From the NCBI GenBank assembly GCA_000830275.1, contig CP010424.1:270001-302000 (forward strand): a stretch of DNA of 32,000 nt. Reading direction: 5' to 3'. This DNA is from an archaeon GW2011_AR10 (GTDB lineage: Archaea > Iainarchaeota > Iainarchaeia > Iainarchaeales > GW2011-AR10). Shown piece after piece: positions 16,047 through 22,965 of the stretch. The stretch's first letter is position 1. Every line of letters begins with the position of its first letter. Below the pieces are notes generated by a model, which saw only the letters and a list, made by a program, of their open reading frames with translations, made no database searches and was not told the DNA's origin. A program made the position numbers and the translations under genes.

Positions 16047-16379
16047 TTGGAGTTGGTAACATTGGTGTACTTGGTTTATGTTGTATGCAGGAATTATGCT
16101 GAGGCAGAGAACATTGCGCATGAGCTGCTCAAAAAGCGCTTGATTGGCTGCGCTAACATAGTGGAGGATGTCCATTCTTTTTACTGGTGGAAGAAGCAGA
16201 TAGTTTCAGAGAAGGAATCGCTGCTTTTATGTAAAACCAGCAGGAGCCTGCTGGAAAAAGTGGAGAAAGAGATTACAAGGCTTCACAGCTACAAGATTCC
16301 GTGCGTTGAGTACATTAAAGTGGATTCAGCCCTGAAAGTGTATGAGAAGTGGCTGTACAAAGAACTGAAGGCAAAATAA
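16047..16379 (+). CDS. cutA: CutA1 divalent-cation tolerance protein
   Basis: LVYVVCRNYAEAENIAHELLKKRLIGCANIVEDVHSFYWWKKQIVSEKESLLLCKT...HSYKIPCVEYIKV matches the CutA1 pattern. There is no ATG near the N-terminus, so the start is TTG (16047) or GTG (16065). Confidence 0.8.
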   Translation: MELVTLVYLVYVVCRNYAEAENIAHELLKKRLIGCANIVEDVHSFYWWKKQIVSEKESLLLCKTSRSLLEKVEKEITRLHSYKIPCVEYIKVDSALKVYEKWLYKELKAK

Positions 16380-16394
16380 TTATATCGCTGATTG

Positions 16395-16420
16395 TCGTTT
16401 AATGTATTGACATTTAACGA
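16395..16420. promoter_or_regulatory. Imperfect palindrome (tcgtttaatgt attg acatttaacga) just upstream of the por operon TATA-like box
   Basis: 10 of 11 positions pair, with a 4-nt spacer. Followed by tttaaata (16425-16432) and GGTGA 6 nt before the porG ATG. Confidence 0.35.
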
Positions 16421-16478
16421 AAGCTTTAAATAGGCGAGCTGCAACTATTTAGTAATATTCCGGCTTCGTGGTGAGCGC

Positions 16479-17045
16479 ATGAAAGAAATCAGGTTCCATG
16501 GGAGGGCAGGCCAAGGCATGGTTACTGCTGCAGTAATAGTTGCCAATGCTGTCAGCCTTGAGGGAAAATACAGCCAGGCTTTTCCGTTTTTTGGCTCTGA
16601 GAAGCGGGGTCCGCCTGTCACAAGCTATTGCAGAATTGACGACAAACCCATCAATATTCATGAGGAAATTGACAGGCCAGACATTGTTGTTGTTGCAGAT
16701 GCAAGCACTTTGAAGGAAGTTGATGTTTGCGCTGGCCTTAAAGAGAACGGCATTGTAATAATCAACACAAACAGGAAGCCGGAGCAGCTTAAGCTTAAGG
16801 CTAAAAGGGTTTTCACTATTGACGGAACAGGAATCGCGTTAAAGCATCTGGGCAAGCCCATAACTAATACTGTAATGCTTGGGGCACTGCTCAAGGTTAC
16901 TGGCATTGCAAAGCTGGAAAATGCGCTGAAGGCACTTGAAAAACAGTTTGGTTCCAAGCTCAGCAAGGAAATGGTGGAGAAGAACAAAAAAGTTGTGGTG
17001 GAGTGCTATGACTTGGTGCAATTGCAGGAGGCGAGAGCCAAATGA
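16479..17045 (+). CDS. porG: 2-oxoacid (pyruvate):ferredoxin oxidoreductase, gamma subunit
   Basis: IRFHGRAGQGMVTAA, FPFFGSEKRGPPV. First gene of a gamma-delta-alpha-beta operon. Substrate (pyruvate vs 2-oxoisovalerate) cannot be decided from sequence alone. Confidence 0.85.
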   Translation: MKEIRFHGRAGQGMVTAAVIVANAVSLEGKYSQAFPFFGSEKRGPPVTSYCRIDDKPINIHEEIDRPDIVVVADASTLKEVDVCAGLKENGIVIINTNRKPEQLKLKAKRVFTIDGTGIALKHLGKPITNTVMLGALLKVTGIAKLENALKALEKQFGSKLSKEMVEKNKKVVVECYDLVQLQEARAK

Positions 17046-17293
17046 TTATCCCGCACGCGAAGCCAGGCACGACAGTGCAAGTCAAGACAGGCAATTGGAA
17101 GGCGCTGATGCCGATAGTGGAAGCAGAGAAATGCATTAAGTGCGGCATCTGCCAGAACTTCTGCCCTGAAGGAATAATGGGCCAGCCAACCAAAATCCCG
17201 GAAATTGATTACGATTACTGCAAGGGTTGCAGTATCTGTGCAAACGAGTGCCCTGTAAAATGCATTGAAATGAAAAGAGTTGAAGGGGAATAA
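17042..17293 (+). CDS. porD: 2-oxoacid:ferredoxin oxidoreductase, delta subunit (2x[4Fe-4S] ferredoxin)
   Basis: Two cluster motifs, CIKCGICQNFCP and CKGCSICANECP. ATGA overlap with porG. Confidence 0.85.
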   Translation: MIIPHAKPGTTVQVKTGNWKALMPIVEAEKCIKCGICQNFCPEGIMGQPTKIPEIDYDYCKGCSICANECPVKCIEMKRVEGE

Positions 17294-17435
17294 ATTTTTT
17301 GGAGTGAAAAAAATGGTTTTGAGAAATATTTATAAGGGATTGAACGAAGTGAAATCCCTTGAGGTATTGTGGTGTCAACTGACACTGGCAGTTGTTGAAG
17401 GGGAATAATTTTTTTGGAGTGAAAAAATGGTTTTG
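17279..17435 (+). repeat. 43/42-nt direct repeat of the porD-end/porA-start junction, flanking a 72-nt insert
   Basis: Copy 1, 17279-17321: gttgaaggggaataaattttttggagtgaaaaaaatggttttg. Copy 2, 17394-17435: gttgaaggggaataatttttttggagtgaaaaaatggttttg. They differ by one substitution and one 1-nt indel. The insert contains stems gggatt/aatccc and gtgtca/tgacac and a TATA-like atatttataagg. Confidence 0.9.
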
Positions 17436-18587
17436 GTTACAAGGGAAGGTGCAATTGCATTGGGGGACGTGGCTGTTAATTGCGGCGTTGAGGTTTGCGC
17501 TTGTTATCCTATTACTCCCACCACTCACTTGACTGAGGAGCTGAACAAGCGCTATGCTGATGGCGAGATTCCAGAGTACATCACGGTTGAGTCAGAGTTC
17601 GCTGCTATTTCTGCACTTGTTGGCGCTTCTGCTACCGGCGCAAGGACTTTTACCACAACAGGCGGCCAAGGGCTGCTCTTAATGCATGAAGTGCTGCACT
17701 CAGCTGCTGGAATGAGGCTGCCAATTGTAATGGTTGTCGGCAACAGGGCTGTTTCTTCTCCCCTAAACATTTGGAATGACGAGCAGGACACAGTGAGCCA
17801 GAGGGACACTGGCTGGATTCAGATTTACTGCAAGAACAACCAGGAAGCTGCGGATTCTCTGCCGCAGGCATTTAAGATTGCTGAAACAGTGATGCTGCCT
17901 ACTATGGTGTGCATTGACGGCCACTTTTTGACGCATGCAGTTGAACAGATTGACCTTATTCCAGTGCAGGAGCTGAAAAAGTTTCTTCCAAAATTCAGGC
18001 ACCCGCTGAAACTTGATCCAGAGAACCCGGTGAGTGTTGGGGTTTACGCTAACCCTGCACACTATCAAACGTTCAGGGAGGACTTGGTTAAGGACATGGA
18101 GGAATCGACAAAAGTCATAAATGACGTTGGCTCTGAGTTCGGGAAAATGTTTGGCAGAAGTTATGGTTTGGTTAATGCTTACAAGTGCAAGGATGCGGAC
18201 AGAGTCCTTGTTGGCCTTGGAAGTGTAATGGACAACGTGTTCGCGGTTGTGGATGAATTGAGAGCAAAAGGGGAAAAAGTTGGGGGATTGCATTTGAGGG
18301 TTTTCAGGCCGTTTCCTGCAAAAGAACTCAGGAAAGCCCTTGAAGGAAAAAAAGTTGGGATGATTGAGAGGAACCTGAGCATTGGCGCGTCAGCCCCGGT
18401 TTACACTGAATTAATGGAAGCAATGAGCGGTTCTAAGACAATAATTTCTAGCTTTTTTGGCGGGCTTGGGGGAAGAGGAATAAAGAGGGCAGAGATTAGA
18501 GCGCTGTTTGGTAAACTCAAAGGCAAGAAACCAGTGAAAGAGTGGATTGGAAAAGAGTACACTGCAAGCACTGGTGCAGGCTGTTAG
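17427..18587 (+). CDS. porA: 2-oxoacid:ferredoxin oxidoreductase, alpha subunit
   Basis: GAIALGDVAVNCGVEVCACYPITPTT, SEFAAISALVGASATGARTFTTTGGQGL, length 386 aa. GGAGTG lies 6 nt before the ATG. Confidence 0.9.
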   Translation: MVLVTREGAIALGDVAVNCGVEVCACYPITPTTHLTEELNKRYADGEIPEYITVESEFAAISALVGASATGARTFTTTGGQGLLLMHEVLHSAAGMRLPIVMVVGNRAVSSPLNIWNDEQDTVSQRDTGWIQIYCKNNQEAADSLPQAFKIAETVMLPTMVCIDGHFLTHAVEQIDLIPVQELKKFLPKFRHPLKLDPENPVSVGVYANPAHYQTFREDLVKDMEESTKVINDVGSEFGKMFGRSYGLVNAYKCKDADRVLVGLGSVMDNVFAVVDELRAKGEKVGGLHLRVFRPFPAKELRKALEGKKVGMIERNLSIGASAPVYTELMEAMSGSKTIISSFFGGLGGRGIKRAEIRALFGKLKGKKPVKEWIGKEYTASTGAGC

Positions 18588-18625
18588 GTTAGGTTCAAAG
18601 TGTTGTAGAAGTGGAGTGTGATGGA

Positions 18626-19543
18626 ATGAGCAAGCAGAGTGGAATGCATTTGTTTGCGCCCGGGCATTCAGGGTGCCCTGGCTGCGGGCCAAGTAATGCC
18701 TTGATTCAGTTATCTGACACTCTTGGAAAAGACATAATTGTTGTAAATGCGACTGGCTGCATGGAGATAATCTCTTCGCAGTATCCTACAACTGCTTGGA
18801 GAGTTCCTTACATTCACTCGTTGTTTGAGAATGCTCCAAGCGTCGCTTCAGGTGTCAAAGCAGCCTTGCGCGCGCAAGGCAATAATCATACTCAAGTGGT
18901 TGTTGTGGCTGGCGATGGCGCAACCTATGATATTGGGTTTGGCGCTTTAAGTGGAATGCTTGAACGAGGCGATGACGTGATTTACATCTGTTATGATAAC
19001 GAGCTTTACGCTAACACCGGCGTTCAAAAAAGCGGTGCAACCCCTTTTGGTGCTGAAACAACAACCACGCTTGTTGGAAAGATCCACAGGGGAAAGGAAA
19101 CCGAGAGGAAGCCTATTGTGGAAATTGCTGCCGCGCACAACATTCCTTACGCTGCTTCGGCAAGCATTGCGTATTACGGTGATTTTCAGATGAAGCTGAG
19201 GAAGGCAGCCAAAATAAAGGGGGCAAGGTTTATTACGGTTAGCGCTCCTTGCTGCCTTGGAGCAGGTTTTGATGGTGCAATAACGATGAGGGTTGCAAAG
19301 CTCATGGTCATGAGCAGGCTGTGGTTTTTGTTTGAGTGCGAGAATGGGCAGTACAAGTTGAACCTTGATATTGCTAATCCGAAGCCTGTTGAAGAATACT
19401 TGAAGCTGCAGAAAAGGTTCAAGCACCTTTCCGAAGAGCAGATTGCACACATTCAGGGAACAGCGGATGCAACTTATGCCAAGCTAAAGGCTCTTTGCGA
19501 GGTAAATGTCACGGAGCAGGAAAAAGCCGAAGCAAAAGCCTAG
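18626..19543 (+). CDS. porB: 2-oxoacid:ferredoxin oxidoreductase, beta subunit (TPP-binding)
   Basis: GHSGCPGCG, ATGCMEI, VVVAGDGATYDIGFGAL, ICYDNELYANTGVQKSGATP. I prefer the ATG at 18626 (GGAGTG 7 nt upstream) over the GTG at 18611 used by the ORF track. Confidence 0.9.
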   Translation: MSKQSGMHLFAPGHSGCPGCGPSNALIQLSDTLGKDIIVVNATGCMEIISSQYPTTAWRVPYIHSLFENAPSVASGVKAALRAQGNNHTQVVVVAGDGATYDIGFGALSGMLERGDDVIYICYDNELYANTGVQKSGATPFGAETTTTLVGKIHRGKETERKPIVEIAAAHNIPYAASASIAYYGDFQMKLRKAAKIKGARFITVSAPCCLGAGFDGAITMRVAKLMVMSRLWFLFECENGQYKLNLDIANPKPVEEYLKLQKRFKHLSEEQIAHIQGTADATYAKLKALCEVNVTEQEKAEAKA

Positions 19544-19554
19544 CAACACAATAG

Positions 19555-19568
19555 TTTTTAATTTTTTT
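19555..19568 (+). terminator. Oligo-T tracts (T5 and T7) downstream of porB, an archaeal-type terminator candidate
   Basis: tttttaattttttt begins 12 nt after the porB stop. The same AT-rich stretch probably doubles as the promoter for the Nudix gene (ATG 19585). Confidence 0.4.
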
Positions 19569-19584
19569 AATTCTATTTCTTTAT

Positions 19585-20007
19585 ATGCTTAAGAGAGGTG
19601 TTACCGGCATAGTGTTTTCAAAAAGTGGCCAGAACAATTTTTTTCTTCTTTTGCACCGCTGCCTTAACTGGAGTGGCTGGGAATTCGTTAAGGGAGGAAT
19701 TGAGGGGAGCGAGGCGCCAGAGCAGGCTGTGATGAGGGAGATTGAAGAGGAAACCTCGCTTAAGCGAGTTGAAATAGTTCACTGCCTGAATGGCACAATG
19801 GAGTGGGCTGTTGGAAGCACCAAATACATTTACAAGGTTTTTGTTGTGAGGGCAGACATGGGCGATAAGGTAAAACTTAATGAGGATATAAGAGAGCATG
19901 ATGGCTTCAGGTGGGTTGAAGAGAAAAAGGCTGAGGCAATGCTGACCCACGAAGACAACAAAAAGCATTTCAGGAAGGCATTGGAGTGGCTGAATGAAAA
20001 TGGCTGA
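19585..20007 (+). CDS. NUDIX hydrolase
   Basis: Nudix box GGIEGSEAPEQAVMREIEEETSL (Gx5Ex7REUxEExGU). Confidence 0.85.
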   Translation: MLKRGVTGIVFSKSGQNNFFLLLHRCLNWSGWEFVKGGIEGSEAPEQAVMREIEEETSLKRVEIVHCLNGTMEWAVGSTKYIYKVFVVRADMGDKVKLNEDIREHDGFRWVEEKKAEAMLTHEDNKKHFRKALEWLNENG

Positions 20008-20278
20008 GAGAAGGCTGCGTGCGATTGTTTCTGGGAGAGTTCAGGGAGTTTACTTTAGGGCTCACACAAAAGAGGAAGCAGTTAAACTGGATTTGACTGG
20101 TTTTGCAAGGAACTTGGATGATGGAACGGTTGAGGTAGTGGCTGAAGGGCCTGAAGTAAGGCTTCGTAAACTGAGTGAATGGCTTAAAAGGGGTCCGCCT
20201 GCTGCAAGTGTTGCTTCATTGGAGGTTTCGTGGAGTGAAGCTTCCAGGGAATTTAATTCCTTTGAGGTAACCTACTGA
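19994..20278 (+). CDS. acyP: Acylphosphatase
   Basis: VSGRVQGVYFRAHT and GFARNLDDGTVEVVAEG. 94 aa. Overlaps the Nudix gene by 14 nt. Confidence 0.88.
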   Translation: MKMAERRLRAIVSGRVQGVYFRAHTKEEAVKLDLTGFARNLDDGTVEVVAEGPEVRLRKLSEWLKRGPPAASVASLEVSWSEASREFNSFEVTY

Positions 20279-20733
20279 ACTATTCGGATTATTGTTTCAG
20301 CATAACTCTTTTTCTCGTGCATTTCCACTGTTATGCCAACTTTGTAGGAGCCTGGCAGAGCGTTTCCCACTGGGTTGACAATCAGCTCCAGTGTTCTGCT
20401 CTCCCCTGCCCCAAGAACTGAAATCGAGTTATCGCTGGGAAATACTGAAATAGCTGTTTTGTCTATTGGCATAACCTCCACTAACACATTGTTTGCTGTT
20501 TGCTGGCCAGTGTTGGTTACAGTGACAAAAAGCTTTGTTTGCTCTGATGGCATTATTTCCTGCTTTTCAAAGTAGGCTGTTACCTGTTTTTGCCTGAATG
20601 CCTCAGCAACAATCGAGGCAAGCCAAATAAGTGCTACTACTGCGATTAAGGCGCCTAATGCAATTGCCGGCCCCTTTGCTCTCTCAAAGGCATATTTGAA
20701 GTCAAGTCCTGCCCGATTATTGTAAATGCTCAT
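20272..20733 (-). CDS. Hypothetical membrane-anchored protein with a CARDB/DUF11-like beta-sandwich ectodomain
   Basis: One TM helix (AIALGALIAVVALIWLASIV), then LFVTVTNTGQQTANNVLVEV...LGAGESRTLELIVNP...PGSYKVGITV, a pattern typical of CARDB-like domains. Confidence 0.55.
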   Translation of the reverse strand: MSIYNNRAGLDFKYAFERAKGPAIALGALIAVVALIWLASIVAEAFRQKQVTAYFEKQEIMPSEQTKLFVTVTNTGQQTANNVLVEVMPIDKTAISVFPSDNSISVLGAGESRTLELIVNPVGNALPGSYKVGITVEMHEKKSYAETIIRIVQ

Positions 20734-20794
20734 GGCAACTATAAATTACTGAATAGTTTAATAAATAGGTTTTGGTTGTTGTGCTGCTGATTTC

Positions 20795-21082
20795 CTAGGG
20801 CAGGGTGAATAGCTTTGAATCATTTTTGCCGTCAAGCACTTTTGCTCTAACGCCTGCATCAAGCCATGCGTGGGCATAGCTGTAGGCCGCAAGTGCTTCC
20901 AGCTTCTTTCCTTTTTTCTCAAAGAACTGCGCGTCGTTGAAATAGTTTTTTGCCATTTCAAGGAAGTCAAGCGCAATTGCTTTCTGCCTTTCATCAATTC
21001 CTTTTTTCACTGATGCCTTTTCAAGCGCCTTCAAGGTAAGCCCCCTGTACTGCTTGAGTTTCTCGTTAATTCCTTCATTCAT
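20795..21082 (-). CDS. DUF357-like small archaeal protein
   Basis: AIALDFLEMAKNYFNDAQFFEKKGKKLEALAAYSYAHAWLDAGVRAKVL resembles the DUF357 family as I recall it. I prefer the ATG at 21082, which gives an ATGAATGA overlap with the dph5 stop, over the longer track ORF that overlaps dph5 by 80 nt. Confidence 0.55.
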   Translation of the reverse strand: MNEGINEKLKQYRGLTLKALEKASVKKGIDERQKAIALDFLEMAKNYFNDAQFFEKKGKKLEALAAYSYAHAWLDAGVRAKVLDGKNDSKLFTLP

Positions 21083-21827
21083 TGAGTTCCCCGATTGCTT
21101 CCCTTTCTTTTTCATTAAGTTTGCCGCAGACAATAAGGCTTTGCGGCATGCCATTGAATTTGTGCTTTTTTAGTTTTTCAGCTTTTCCCGCAACAATTTC
21201 TTCCTTTGAGCTGCCGGCAGCGCTTAATGCAACCAGCAGCGCTCTGTCTATTGCCTTGTTTTTCTTTTTTTTCTGGATTCCTTCAAGCACTTCAATTGCT
21301 TCCCTGATGCTCATAAGCTTTCCTTCCTCGGTTATTTCAAGCAGGCACAGAGTGTGCAGGCCGGCATTAAGGTTTTTTTCAATCACGCCATAAAAGCTTT
21401 CCGGCGAAAAGTTTTCTTTCGGAGCTACAACCGTGCAGGTCCTGCCAAACCTGTATTCATCCAGGCCTGTTTTTGCAAGGTAGTTTGTTACGGAAATGCC
21501 TGCAACCACTTTTGTTTTTACTCCTGCTTTTTTTGCATCAAGAATTATTTGAACGTGGGTTGTTGCTGTCAGCGGGTTGCCGAAAACAACCAGCGCAATG
21601 TTTTCTTTTTTCGCTTCAATTAAGAGCTCTCTGATGCCTTCCTCCACTTCTTTTCTTTTCAGTGCACTGATTTTTTTGTTAAGCCTTAACTCTAGCTCTG
21701 AAATTGTGCCTTCAGCATAGCTGCTGGTGTAGCTTTCAATGTAAACCCGCTTGCATTCCTTTAATGTGTCGATTGCCTCAAGTGTCAGGTGCTTTGGAGT
21801 GAGGCCTATTCCAACCAAGCAAAGCAT
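21075..21827 (-). CDS. dph5: Diphthine synthase (EF-2 diphthamide biosynthesis methyltransferase)
   Basis: Colinear with archaeal Dph5 recalled from memory: LVGIGL, YIESYTS, VVFGNPLTATTH, YRFGRTCTV, GLHTLCLLEI, PQSLIVCGKLNEKE. An archaea/eukaryote-specific marker. Confidence 0.88.
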   Translation of the reverse strand: MLCLVGIGLTPKHLTLEAIDTLKECKRVYIESYTSSYAEGTISELELRLNKKISALKRKEVEEGIRELLIEAKKENIALVVFGNPLTATTHVQIILDAKKAGVKTKVVAGISVTNYLAKTGLDEYRFGRTCTVVAPKENFSPESFYGVIEKNLNAGLHTLCLLEITEEGKLMSIREAIEVLEGIQKKKKNKAIDRALLVALSAAGSSKEEIVAGKAEKLKKHKFNGMPQSLIVCGKLNEKEREAIGELNE

Positions 21828-21861
21828 TTATCACACCTAAAAAGGTTGTTGAACACCATTA

Positions 21862-21915
21862 CTATAGCAAAAGACATTAGTTTTGGTAATTTCTTAATGT
21901 CTTTTGCGACTATAG
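21862..21915. other. Hairpin 1: ctatag-terminated stem-loop (12 bp + 6 bp with a 3-nt bulge, 15-nt loop)
   Basis: Arms ctatagcaaaagacatta (21862-21879) and taatgtcttttgcgactatag (21895-21915). Confidence 0.8.
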
Positions 21916-21954
21916 CAAACAGCCAATATTTTTTGAACTTTTTATTGCTGTTTG
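21916..21954. other. Hairpin 2: caaacagc / gctgtttg, 8-bp stem with a 23-nt AT-rich loop
   Basis: Inverted repeat read directly. Lies between the two ctatag hairpins. Confidence 0.6.
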
Positions 21955-22000
21955 CTAGATGCAAAACGCAGTTTCAATGTTCAATTACTTAAGCATTTTG

Positions 22001-22049
22001 CTATAGCGAATGACTTGTTTTTTACCATTATTAAAGTCATTCGCTATAG
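22001..22049. other. Hairpin 3: perfect 16-bp ctatag-terminated stem-loop (17-nt loop)
   Basis: Arms ctatagcgaatgactt (22001-22016) and aagtcattcgctatag (22034-22049). The loop contains ttacca, the reverse complement of tggtaa in the hairpin 1 loop. Confidence 0.85.
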
Positions 22050-22063
22050 ACTAATGAAGTTAC

Positions 22064-22090
22064 AATAATTAAATTAATAAGTATTCAACA
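22064..22090. repeat. 27-nt exact repeat, copy B (aataattaaattaataagtattcaaca)
   Basis: Identical to 13285-13311. Lies 4 nt from the stop of the DUF63 gene and 14 nt from hairpin 3. Confidence 0.9.
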
Positions 22091-22094
22091 GCAT

Positions 22095-22931
22095 TTAAAA
22101 GCAGGTTCCGACTCCGACAGTGAAGGCATCCCTTATGCCTGGAGCAAAGCCCATAATTATAATGAACACCTTAATGAATCCAGCCATGTTTTTGTCCTTC
22201 ACTTCCTTGTCAACATAGTAAATTATCAAAAGTGCAAGTGCAACTTTAACTAAAATAAATGCTGCAGGGAACACTCCAAGTATTGCCTCGCTGAGCGGGT
22301 GCTGTTCGCCGCAGTTGAGAAACTGCGTCGCAATGAAAGTGGCGCTCCCGTCAAGGGCTTGGCCTGCAACCGCGAGCAAGTTTAATCTATCTGTAACCAG
22401 CTGCGGCCTTATTTTTTTGGCAATTAAATAAGAAATTCCAACAGCTACTGCGGTTAATATTATGATTGCAGTGAAGTACTGCCATGCAACAAATTGTATG
22501 AAGTCAAACAAAACAAAGGGCGCGGCAAGCAGAGTGCCGATTGCTCCAAAAACCTTTATTGTTTCCTGCTTTATTTTTTTGGCCAGCCAGATTGAAAAAA
22601 TAAGTGCAGCTATTGCAAGCAGGCCAACCGCAACGTAAATGCCGGGCGTGACAGTGAGAAACCCTGGTTCGAATGGATTGCATGAGCGCCCGAGTATTTT
22701 CAGGTCCTCGAGGATGCGCAGTGTTGAGCCAAACAGCACGAATGCTAGAACTGCTAAACCGAACCTGAAATCAAATCTAATGCCTCGCTTGTTGAAGAAA
22801 GGGAAAACAAGGTAGAACGCAATTCCGATCAGGATTATTCCATAAGTAAGCGTGTTCACAAAATTGTAGCCAGAGTAATTGCAGATTGGGTCCAAGAAAA
22901 ACTCTTGAATGAATGGAGGGAAACCTACCAT
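22095..22931 (-). CDS. DUF63-like polytopic archaeal membrane protein
   Basis: About 7 predicted TM helices. QALDGSATFIATQFLNCGEQHPLSE resembles the DUF63 family as I recall it. I prefer the ATG at 22931 (MVGFPPF...). The 104 upstream codons in the track ORF are antisense to trm5 and look non-coding. Confidence 0.65.
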   Translation of the reverse strand: MVGFPPFIQEFFLDPICNYSGYNFVNTLTYGIILIGIAFYLVFPFFNKRGIRFDFRFGLAVLAFVLFGSTLRILEDLKILGRSCNPFEPGFLTVTPGIYVAVGLLAIAALIFSIWLAKKIKQETIKVFGAIGTLLAAPFVLFDFIQFVAWQYFTAIIILTAVAVGISYLIAKKIRPQLVTDRLNLLAVAGQALDGSATFIATQFLNCGEQHPLSEAILGVFPAAFILVKVALALLIIYYVDKEVKDKNMAGFIKVFIIIMGFAPGIRDAFTVGVGTCF

Positions 22932-22965
22932 GTATTTAAAATTAAATGAACATTTTAATATTGTT

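Noticed and set aside
17763-18293. Long ORFs antisense to or out of frame with recognised genes. Examples: 17763-18293 in porA, 29468-30043 in gcvPB, 4841-5386 in folD, 23335-23817 in trm5, 26841-27326 and 26848-27303 in gcvT, 2670-3068 in purH, 8053-8346 in purA, 9700-10116 and 9987-10412 in purC.
   Set aside because: Each lies entirely inside a gene with strong family motifs on the other strand or frame. Their translations are low-complexity (Ser/Leu/Phe/Cys-rich) with no recognisable motifs, as expected for shadow ORFs.
21828-22094. Replication origin (ORB-like inverted repeats around an AT-rich stretch)
   Set aside because: There is no adjacent orc1/cdc6 gene. The repeats lack the G-string characteristic of ORB/mini-ORB elements as I recall them, and the repeats fold as local hairpins rather than dispersed boxes flanking an unwinding element. 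This is kept only as a remote possibility.
22666-22674. GGTTCGAAT, a tRNA T-loop-like motif
   Set aside because: It lies inside the DUF63-like coding sequence. The flanks cannot be folded into an acceptor/T-arm cloverleaf, and I found no tRNA candidates in any intergenic region.
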